The translations under genes were made by a program, and so were the position numbers. The notes beneath the pieces were generated by a model. That model made no database searches, was not told the DNA's origin, and saw only the letters and a list, made by a program, of their open reading frames with translations. From the sequence record KY555144.1: 64,000 nt of DNA; one strand, written 5' to 3'. This document shows, one piece after another, positions 47,758-53,263 of this stretch; position 1 is the stretch's first letter; each line of letters begins with the position of its first letter.

Positions 47758-47762
47758 TTTCC

Positions 47763-47837
47763 GCGTCCATCGTATATGGGTTATTGCTTCGCGTTGCCAA
47801 CGCGACGAACCGGGTTCGAGTCCCGGTGGACGCTCCA
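47763..47837 (+). tRNA. tRNA-Gly(GCC)
   Basis: Loop TT-GCC-AA; U73; CCA. Confidence 0.95.
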
Positions 47838-47843
47838 ATCCAG

Positions 47844-47917
47844 GCGGATATAGCTCAAAGGGAGAGCTACTGCCTTCCAAGCAGAAGATGCGGGTTCGAG
47901 CCCCGCTATCCGCTCCA
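47844..47917 (+). tRNA. tRNA-Gly(TCC)
   Basis: Loop CT-TCC-AA; U73; CCA. Confidence 0.95.
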
Positions 47918-47938
47918 AAATTTTCTTCCACGACAAGC

Positions 47939-47967
47939 TTGACAGCCGTCGAGATTTGTGAGAGCCT
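47939..47967 (+). promoter_or_regulatory. Promoter of Glu/Asp tRNA unit
   Basis: TTGACA-N15-GAGAGCCT; twin of the 48735 promoter. Confidence 0.75.
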
Positions 47968-47976
47968 TCAACCATT

Positions 47977-48039
47977 ATGACGCACCTCCTGACCCGTTAC
48001 GAACGCGAGGCCACCGGCCTCGATACCACCACCGCCTAA
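47977..48039 (+). CDS. Putative leader peptide MTHLLTRYEREATGLDTTTA
   Basis: Near-leaderless ORF between promoter and tRNA-Glu/Asp; alternative hairpins. Confidence 0.5.
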   Translation: MTHLLTRYEREATGLDTTTA

Positions 48040-48073
48040 AAGCGGTTCTGGTAACCGAGGCCTTTTGTCATGT

Positions 48074-48151
48074 GGCCCGGTCGTCTAGCGGTTTGCAGGA
48101 TTCGTGACTTTCAATCACGAGAGCGGAGTTCGAGTCTCCGTCGGGCCTCCA
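48074..48151 (+). tRNA. tRNA-Glu(TTC)
   Basis: Loop CT-TTC-AA; CCA. Confidence 0.92.
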
Positions 48152-48174
48152 CCCCCAAAGCCTCCTCTGAGCTT

Positions 48175-48249
48175 GGTGCGTTCGTATATCGGTCAATACT
48201 CCGGATTGTCGATCCGGCAAGAGGGGTTCGATTCCCCTACGCACCGCCA
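48175..48249 (+). tRNA. tRNA-Asp(GTC)
   Basis: Loop TT-GTC-GA; G73; CCA. Confidence 0.95.
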
Positions 48250-48259
48250 GGGCTTTTCC

Positions 48260-48418
48260 ATGCCGCTCCAGTCGGGTTCGAGCGACGCCGTCGTCTCGCA
48301 CAACATCGCCAAGCTGATCGACGAGGGCTACTCCAGGGAGCAGGCCGTGGCGATCGCCCTCTCCCAGGCGCGCAAGCCGCGCCGTCCGAAGGTCTCGCGC
48401 GGCTCGCGCCGGCGCTGA
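48260..48418 (+). CDS. Small basic phage protein
   Basis: MPL..G.S...NI..L..EGY...QAVAIAL pattern; Arg-rich tail. Confidence 0.75.
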   Translation: MPLQSGSSDAVVSHNIAKLIDEGYSREQAVAIALSQARKPRRPKVSRGSRRR

Positions 48419-48489
48419 CCTCGCCTCGCTAAAGCACCCCCAGGTTCCCGGCCTCGTCGTGAGGCCGCCTGCGGTCGCGCGAGGCTTCC

Positions 48490-48714
48490 ATGACCTTTCT
48501 TGATCTTCGTTCGCAGTCGAGCGCCGTGCTCCTGCGCCATGTGTCTTCCCGATCCCCGATGGCGGAAGCGGCTCGCACCGAGTTGCTGACCCGAGGCCTC
48601 GTTCCGCTCCTCACGCGGCACAACGGCTGGCGCCTCGCCCCGAGCGAGCCCTTTCCGCAGCATCTCATCCCGCGCCCCGATCCGCTCGCGAGGTTCACGT
48701 GGCGGGCGGGATGA
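48490..48714 (+). CDS. Hypothetical protein
   Basis: GAGG RBS. Confidence 0.55.
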   Translation: MTFLDLRSQSSAVLLRHVSSRSPMAEAARTELLTRGLVPLLTRHNGWRLAPSEPFPQHLIPRPDPLARFTWRAG

Positions 48715-48734
48715 AGATTTTTCTCACGACGTGC

Positions 48735-48763
48735 TTGACATTCGTTTGAAGTTGTGAGAGCCT
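48735..48763 (+). promoter_or_regulatory. Promoter of Pro/Thr/Lys/Leu/His/Ala/Ser tRNA operon
   Basis: TTGACA-N15-GAGAGCCT. Confidence 0.8.
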
Positions 48764-48857
48764 ACCCAACGTCACGGATCACGACACTCCTCGGAGTGCA
48801 AAAGCGCGATCCTTCGTTATTCCCTGGACGCCAGCGGGCGTCCGTTCGAGAGCCATC

Positions 48858-48995
48858 ATGTTCGCCTTGTCGCATTACAGCCTGAGCACGAAAGCCGCCT
48901 CCCCGGCGTCGCTTTCGCTTGCCCTGCTGGCGACGGCCACGAAGCCCTCGACCAAGCCGACCACCTCGGCCTCGCACTCGACGGATCACCTCTAG
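48858..48995 (+). CDS. Putative attenuator leader peptide (45 aa; 41 residues are S/A/T/L/K/P/H)
   Basis: MFALSHYSLSTKAASPASLSLALLATATKPSTKPTTSASHSTDHL; composition equals downstream tRNA set. Confidence 0.8.
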   Translation: MFALSHYSLSTKAASPASLSLALLATATKPSTKPTTSASHSTDHL

Positions 48996-49071
48996 GGTAT
49001 CTCGTCTCGGGTGCGGGCCTTGGAGCCGCACCCGCTACCAACATCCTGTTGACCTAGCGCAAGGCGGCTCC
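48968..49071 (+). promoter_or_regulatory. Alternative helices of attenuator (A:B, B:C, C:D)
   Basis: 48968-81 pairs with 49007-19; 49008-16 with 49026-34; 49022-29 with 49064-71. Confidence 0.75.
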
Positions 49072-49097
49072 CAGCAAGGAGACCGCCTTTTCTTTTT
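49061..49097 (+). terminator. Attenuator intrinsic terminator
   Basis: AAGGCGGCTCC-CAGCAA-GGAG(A)CCGCCTT then TTCTTTTT, 13 nt before first tRNA. Confidence 0.85.
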
Positions 49098-49109
49098 CGC
49101 GTTGATCAT

Positions 49110-49185
49110 CGGGGTGTAGCTCAGTCGGTAGAGCGCTCGGTTCGGGACCGAGAGGCCGTGGGTTCGAGTCCCGCCACCCAGACCA
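49110..49185 (+). tRNA. tRNA-Pro(CGG)
   Basis: Loop TT-CGG-GA; C1-G72, A73. Confidence 0.93.
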
Positions 49186-49192
49186 ACGCCAT

Positions 49193-49267
49193 CGGGATGT
49201 AGCTCAGCGGTAGAGCGCGCGGCTGGGGGCCGCGAGGCCGCAGGTTCGAGACCTGCCACCCCGACCA
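49193..49267 (+). tRNA. tRNA-Pro(GGG)
   Basis: Loop CT-GGG-GG; C1-G72, A73. Confidence 0.92.
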
Positions 49268-49272
49268 ACAAT

Positions 49273-49345
49273 GCTGCTGCGCCTGGATCGGCGCCGGCCC
49301 CTTGGTATGGGGAAGTAGAAGGTTCAATTCCTTCCGGCAGCACCA
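49273..49345 (+). tRNA. tRNA-Thr(GGT)
   Basis: CCCC/GGGG stem, loop TT-GGT-AT; G1-C72, C2-G71. Confidence 0.75.
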
Positions 49346-49350
49346 ACAAT

Positions 49351-49420
49351 GCCGATGCCTCTAGGAGGACACGTCTTTCGTAATGACGTCAGGTGGGTGC
49401 GATCCCCACTTTCGGCTCCA
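49351..49420 (+). tRNA. tRNA-Thr(CGT), non-canonical
   Basis: Loop TT-CGT-AA with T.T closing pair; T-loop TGCGATC; short D-arm. Confidence 0.6.
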
Positions 49421-49455
49421 TCAAGATGATCAAGGAGAGATCAGACGAAACAAAT

Positions 49456-49542
49456 GGATGTGTCACCTCAGTGGCGAGAGGACCGGGCTCTTAATCCGGC
49501 AGCGAAAGCTCATCGTGGGTTCGAGTCCCACCACATCCTCCA
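49456..49542 (+). tRNA. tRNA-Lys(CTT) with long variable arm
   Basis: Loop CT-CTT-AA; 87 nt; U73. Confidence 0.85.
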
Positions 49543-49547
49543 ATAAT

Positions 49548-49637
49548 GCACGAGTGACCCGAGCGGCGAAGGGCGTCGACTTTTAATCGACTGGGCGTCC
49601 AGCCTCACCGAGGGTTCGAGTCCCTCCTCGTGCTCCA
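49548..49637 (+). tRNA. tRNA-Lys(TTT) with long variable arm
   Basis: Loop CT-TTT-AA; 90 nt; U73. Confidence 0.85.
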
Positions 49638-49643
49638 AGATGT

Positions 49644-49729
49644 GCGAAAGTGGCGGAACAAGGTAGACGCACCGGTCTCAGGTACCGGCGGCTTCGGTCA
49701 TGAGGGTTCGAGTCCCTCCTTTCGTACCA
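49644..49729 (+). tRNA. tRNA-Leu(CAG)
   Basis: Class II; loop CT-CAG-GT; A73. Confidence 0.95.
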
Positions 49730-49736
49730 ACGACAT

Positions 49737-49821
49737 GCCGGTCTGGCGGAAATGGCAGACGCAGTGGCTTCAAGTCCCACCGCCTTCGGGCGTCCCGGTT
49801 CGATGCCGGGGACCGGCACCA
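49737..49821 (+). tRNA. tRNA-Leu(CAA)
   Basis: Class II; loop TT-CAA-GT; A73. Confidence 0.9.
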
Positions 49822-49827
49822 CCATGA

Positions 49828-49915
49828 TGCGAAGTGGCGGAATTTGGTAGACGCACCGGCATGAGAGGCCGGCGCCCTTCGGGGCGTGAGGGTTCGAGTC
49901 CCTTCTTCGCGACCA
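49828..49915 (+). tRNA. tRNA-Leu(GAG)
   Basis: Class II; loop AT-GAG-AG; A73. Confidence 0.92.
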
Positions 49916-49928
49916 AAGACGAGATCAT

Positions 49929-50000
49929 GCCGGCCGGCGCAGGCGCGCGGGGGAGGTTGTGTCCCTCCTTGGCTCAGTTCGATACTGAGGGTCGGTTCCA
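49929..50000 (+). tRNA. tRNA-His(GTG)-like, non-canonical
   Basis: GCCGGCC/GGTCGGT acceptor (G1.U72); GGAGG/CCTCC stem with TT-GTG-TC loop; TTCGATA T-loop; CCA. Confidence 0.6.
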
Positions 50001-50005
50001 GTTAC

Positions 50006-50076
50006 GGGGTATGCGCAGGGCGCAGGCATCCTTTGCAAGGAAGTCGGGGTGGGTTCGAGTCCCACATACTCCACCA
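50006..50076 (+). tRNA. tRNA-Ala(TGC)
   Basis: G3.U70; loop TT-TGC-AA; A73. Confidence 0.88.
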
Positions 50077-50080
50077 ACAC

Positions 50081-50168
50081 GGTAGGTTGGCTGAGAGGCC
50101 GAAGGCGCCCGTTTCGAAAACGGGAGAACTGCAAGGTTCCGTGGGTTCGAATCCCACACCTACCTCCA
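50081..50168 (+). tRNA. tRNA-Ser(CGA)
   Basis: Class II; loop TT-CGA-AA. Confidence 0.93.
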
Positions 50169-50172
50169 ACAT

Positions 50173-50260
50173 GGATGTATGGCTGAGAGGCCGAAGGCGC
50201 CCGCTTGGAAAGCGGGTGAACCGCAAGGTTCCGTAGGTTCGAATCCTACTACATCCGCCA
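50173..50260 (+). tRNA. tRNA-Ser(GGA)
   Basis: Class II; loop TT-GGA-AA; G73. Confidence 0.95.
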
Positions 50261-50264
50261 ACAG

Positions 50265-50351
50265 GGTAGGTGGTTCCGGCCTGGGGCCGGACCCGGTTGC
50301 TAACCGGCCGGAGCCGCAAGGCTTGGGGTTCGATTCCTCCTCCTACCGCCA
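50265..50351 (+). tRNA. tRNA-Ser(GCT)
   Basis: Class II; loop TT-GCT-AA; G73. Confidence 0.88.
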
Positions 50352-50359
50352 CTTCGATG

Positions 50360-50616
50360 TTGACACCCGCGACGCGGCCTGTCATACGTCACGACAGAGC
50401 GAACACCCCCCGGCCGGGTTTGTTGTCATACCGGGTCGTCACGCCCCGTCGGGGCTCTAGTAGCTCTTCGTGTGGAGTTTTCCGCCTCCCTCCCAGACAA
50501 GGAGGCGGACCCAACCAACATCGCGATCTCCCGTGATCGTCGGCGACGGGCGCCGTCAGAGACCTTTGCCTGCGCGGCTCCGCTGCGGCCTCGGTCTCGT
50601 CCCGACCAAATTTTTT
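50360..50616 (+). ncRNA. Candidate structured ncRNA with own promoter
   Basis: TTGACA-N15-GTCATACG; multiple hairpins; no credible ORF; ends in T-run. Confidence 0.4.
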
Positions 50617-50627
50617 CGTCGTGGTGC

Positions 50628-50656
50628 TTGACACTGCGAAACTGTTCTGCTAGGGT
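50628..50656 (+). promoter_or_regulatory. Promoter of Tyr/Phe/Val/Ile/Gln/Asn/Arg tRNA operon
   Basis: TTGACA-N15-GCTAGGGT. Confidence 0.85.
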
Positions 50657-50663
50657 TCACGTC

Positions 50664-50762
50664 ATGAGCAAGACCTATCGTCAATTTGTGCGCCAGATTC
50701 AGGTCGTCCGGAATATCCGGGCGGGCCGCTCGCGCATGGCTGACGAAGGGTTCAGGGACTAG
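50664..50762 (+). CDS. Putative attenuator leader peptide (32 aa)
   Basis: MSKT-YRQFVRQIQVVRNIR-AGRSRMADEGFRD; 15 consecutive residues drawn only from downstream tRNA specificities. Confidence 0.82.
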   Translation: MSKTYRQFVRQIQVVRNIRAGRSRMADEGFRD

Positions 50763-50792
50763 GTCCCGCACCACGCTCAACCAGCTTTCGAG

Positions 50793-50830
50793 AGGCCCGC
50801 CTGGAAACCCCAGGCGGGCCTTTTTCTTTT
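50793..50830 (+). terminator. Attenuator intrinsic terminator
   Basis: AGGCCCGCCTGG-AAACC-CCAGGCGGGCCT then TTTTCTTTT; 5' arm can instead pair with 50720-50732. Confidence 0.9.
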
Positions 50831-50865
50831 CCCCCTTTCGATCACGGAGATCGCCAAACAGACAC

Positions 50866-50950
50866 GGATGCTTAAAGCTGGAGGGCTCCAGCCGGGGACT
50901 GTAAATCCCCTCTCTTCGGAGGAGTGGTTCGATCCCACAAGCATCCACCA
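50866..50950 (+). tRNA. tRNA-Tyr(GTA)
   Basis: Class II; loop CT-GTA-AA; A73. Confidence 0.9.
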
Positions 50951-50955
50951 ACCAC

Positions 50956-51031
50956 GGACTCGTAGCTCAGCAGGTAGAGCGCCGGCTTGAAACCCCGGAG
51001 GTCGGAGGTTCGATTCCTCCCGTTTCCACCA
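50956..51031 (+). tRNA. tRNA-Phe(GAA)
   Basis: Loop TT-GAA-AC. Confidence 0.92.
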
Positions 51032-51036
51032 ACAAC

Positions 51037-51112
51037 GCCCGATGAGCCAGATGGGAAGGCGCCGCCGTGACATGGCGGGATTGAGAAGGTTCGATTCCTT
51101 CATCAGGCACCA
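51037..51112 (+). tRNA. tRNA-Val(GAC)
   Basis: Loop GT-GAC-AT; A73. Confidence 0.9.
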
Positions 51113-51114
51113 AT

Positions 51115-51190
51115 GCAAGTGTAGCTCAGTCGGTAGAGCAGCGGACCGATAATCCGCCCGTCCCTGGTTCGAGTCCAGGCATTTGCACCA
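51115..51190 (+). tRNA. tRNA-Ile(GAT), C33 variant
   Basis: Loop CC-GAT-AA; A73. Confidence 0.85.
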
Positions 51191-51197
51191 ATTCTGA

Positions 51198-51272
51198 TGT
51201 GGCATAGCTCAGGGGTAGAGCGCGCGCTTGATAAGCGTGAGGTCGGGGGTTCGAAGCCCTCTGCCACTACCA
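51198..51272 (+). tRNA. tRNA-Ile(GAT)
   Basis: Loop TT-GAT-AA; A73. Confidence 0.9.
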
Positions 51273-51305
51273 GTTTCCAGGCCGGCGGAGATGCGCCGGA
51301 CCTGA

Positions 51306-51381
51306 TGGCGTTTAGCATAGTGGGAGTGCAGGGGTGTCACATACCTCGATCGAACTGGTTCGATTCCAGTAACGCCAACCA
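51306..51381 (+). tRNA. tRNA-Val(CAC)
   Basis: Loop GT-CAC-AT; A73. Confidence 0.88.
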
Positions 51382-51386
51382 AACGT

Positions 51387-51460
51387 TGAGGGTTCGTCTA
51401 ATGGTAGGACGGCTGGGTCTGGTCCAGCTAATCTAGGTTCGAGTCCTAGCCCCTCATCCA
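51387..51460 (+). tRNA. tRNA-Gln(CTG)
   Basis: Loop GT-CTG-GT. Confidence 0.9.
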
Positions 51461-51467
51461 AGTTTGT

Positions 51468-51541
51468 TCTCGGGTGGTCTAATGGTAAGACATCTGGTTT
51501 TGGTCCAGAGGATTGGGGTTCGATTCCTTGGCCGAGAACCA
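51468..51541 (+). tRNA. tRNA-Gln(TTG)
   Basis: Loop TT-TTG-GT. Confidence 0.9.
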
Positions 51542-51556
51542 ACTATTTGAGTTTAT

Positions 51557-51631
51557 TCCAGTCAATGCACAAGGTGTGCAGCGGCACTGTTAATGCCTGT
51601 GAGCCCGGTTCGATTCCGGGGTCTGGAGCCA
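51557..51631 (+). tRNA. tRNA-Asn(GTT)
   Basis: Loop CT-GTT-AA; G73. Confidence 0.9.
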
Positions 51632-51657
51632 ACACGTCGGCCTCGGCCGGCACATGC

Positions 51658-51740
51658 GCCCTGGTAACCGAGGGGGATTACGAATCCCTTAGTCGTAGCA
51701 GGAGTTGAAAAGGGTGGTTCGAATCCACTCCAGGGTGCCA
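51658..51740 (+). tRNA. tRNA-Arg(ACG)-like, lacking a normal D-arm
   Basis: Acceptor, anticodon (TT-ACG-AA) and T arms intact; about 8 nt in place of D-arm, about 23-nt variable region. Confidence 0.6.
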
Positions 51741-51747
51741 AATTCAT

Positions 51748-51830
51748 AGCGCGCAGGCCGAGCAGGATCATCGTCAGGCGTCGCCCTCCGAAGGCGAAGA
51801 GGCCCGGTTCGAGTCCGGGGCGCGCTGCCA
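51748..51830 (+). tRNA. tRNA-Arg(CCG) with enlarged D-loop
   Basis: Loop CT-CCG-AA; D-loop about 17 nt. Confidence 0.8.
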
Positions 51831-51833
51831 TCC

Positions 51834-51911
51834 GCGCGGGTAGCTCAATGGACCCAGAGCAGCCGTCTTCTACACGGTGGGTTGGGGGTTCGAATCCCTC
51901 CCCGTGCGCCA
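51834..51911 (+). tRNA. tRNA-Arg(TCT)
   Basis: Loop CT-TCT-AC; CCA. Confidence 0.92.
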
Positions 51912-51914
51912 AAC

Positions 51915-52232
51915 TTGACGGGCGATGCCGAATCGCTCAGCTTCCTGATCGGCTCTCGATGGGCCGCCACTGCACGCCACCGACGCCCTCCCGGTACAAG
52001 GAGGGGCGCACGTCGGCGACGTTCCAACCCAGTTCCGGACGATCTTCGAACGCGGCCTGCCGTGGAGGGGTGCTGGAAGGGCCGGGGTTGTGGGAACCGT
52101 CGAGCATCTCCTACATCCGGATTGGGCTTCCTGGGGGCTCCTCCGGTCAACCAGGGCCTGACCCGACCCCGGAGATGCGCCGCCTACGATCACCCAGGAC
52201 CGTCCTGGCGGTGGAAAGGGTCTGAAATTTTT
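51915..52232 (+). ncRNA. Candidate ~310-nt structured ncRNA after last tRNA
   Basis: Long-range stems such as GCATCTCC/GGAGATGC; no codon-biased ORF. Confidence 0.4.
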
Positions 52233-52246
52233 CTGGCGCTGATGTG

Positions 52247-52378
52247 TTGACACTCCTCGGAGGTTCGTCTAAAACCAGCAGCGTCAGAGCGGCGTTGGAC
52301 CACGAGGTCCGCCGCGAGCTTCTGCGTTGTCGTCAGGAACGGCCCGTCAGCAATCCCGCTGGCGGGTCGTTTCGTTTT
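52247..52378 (+). ncRNA. Candidate sRNA (promoter, hairpin, terminator)
   Basis: TTGACA-N15-TCTAAAAC; hairpin 52281-52327; terminator 52341-52378. Confidence 0.5.
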
Positions 52379-52414
52379 GGGCGCGATGCGACGTTCAGTC
52401 CAACCATGGGTAGT

Positions 52415-52453
52415 GTCATGAATCTTGACTTTCGGCGCTTATTCCGGTAGCTT
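52415..52453 (+). promoter_or_regulatory. GTCATGAATC-TTGACT-N15-GGTAGCTT promoter
   Basis: Motif variant. Confidence 0.7.
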
Positions 52454-52498
52454 TCCCGACATCAGCAAACGCTCACAAGTCGGGGACCGAGAGCCGTC

Positions 52499-52915
52499 AT
52501 GTCGCAAGACCACCACGGCTCGTCCTCGGGCCAAGAACGCATCTACCAGAAACTGGATGAGCTTGGCTCCATGCACGCGCGCACCCGTGAAGATATTGCC
52601 CGCATCCAGGAGATGATGCGAGCGGTCGGTTCGTCGCAGGAGCGAATCGAAAAGCGTCAGGACCATTTCGAGCGCGAAATCTGGCGCGAGATGGAAGATC
52701 GCGCCGCGCGCACGAGCGCCCAACTCGACGAAATCAAGAGCCACACCAACCTGCGCATCGAGGAGATCGAGGCCAAGGTCGACACGATCCGCGAGGAGCG
52801 GATCGCCGAAAAGGCCCAGTGGCGCGGCCCCGAGAAGGCCATCGCCGCCCTGGTCGCCGTCGCCGGGGCCATCGCCGCCTTCGCCACCATCCTCACTTTC
52901 CTGAAGGGACACTAG
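52499..52915 (+). CDS. Coiled-coil protein with C-terminal TM anchor
   Basis: Heptad-rich body; IAALVAVAGAIAAFATILTFL tail (XhlA/holin-like topology). Confidence 0.75.
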   Translation: MSQDHHGSSSGQERIYQKLDELGSMHARTREDIARIQEMMRAVGSSQERIEKRQDHFEREIWREMEDRAARTSAQLDEIKSHTNLRIEEIEAKVDTIREERIAEKAQWRGPEKAIAALVAVAGAIAAFATILTFLKGH

Positions 52916-52950
52916 GACTTATAGTCAAGCTTGGGTGCCTGCGGCCAGAA

Positions 52951-52966
52951 GTCGCGCTTCTTGACA
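52951..52966 (+). promoter_or_regulatory. GTCGCGCTTC-TTGACA promoter (degenerate, no GANTC)
   Basis: Motif variant. Confidence 0.5.
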
Positions 52967-53022
52967 CCCGATCTGGGCCGGCATAACCATAGGGCCATCA
53001 TTCCTGGGTGGAGTTTTCCCTA

Positions 53023-53229
53023 ATGGCTGTCGCGCTTACTGTCGTCTCGGTTGAGACCGAATCTACCATCCAAGGTGTTGACCCCGACGCGGCGCATGTC
53101 CGCCTGATCGAGGTCCTGCATACCGCCGCAGAAGCGGGTCTTGGGGAAATGACGTTGGAAGTCAAAGCGGAGATCGCGGCGCTGCTCCAGCAGGCGTCCG
53201 TGGAACTCTCCCACTGCCGGCCGGTGTAG
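53023..53229 (+). CDS. Hypothetical protein
   Basis: GGAG RBS. Confidence 0.6.
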   Translation: MAVALTVVSVETESTIQGVDPDAAHVRLIEVLHTAAEAGLGEMTLEVKAEIAALLQQASVELSHCRPV

Positions 53230-53263
53230 GGGTCCCGTAAATCGCCATCCCAGAGGGAGCGAC

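Noticed and set aside
47371-47917. Leader-peptide control of Trp/Gly/Gly tRNAs
   Set aside because: Upstream ORF is an ordinary 88-aa gene with no Trp/Gly control run and no terminator before the tRNAs
49273-49345. tRNA-Pro(TGG) reading
   Set aside because: Best stem register gives a GGT anticodon, and G1-C72 fits Thr rather than Pro
48735-50830. T-box riboswitch explanation for tRNA leaders
   Set aside because: No T-box consensus (TGGNACC) or specifier stem; control elements are translated ORFs
47347-52253. Many ORF-track ORFs over the tRNA cluster
   Set aside because: They overlap tRNA genes and lack codon bias
51915-52378. tmRNA, RNase P, SRP or HDV-like (theta) ribozyme identity
   Set aside because: No tag frame, no GAGGAAAGUCC, no SRP loop and no recognisable HDV core by eye
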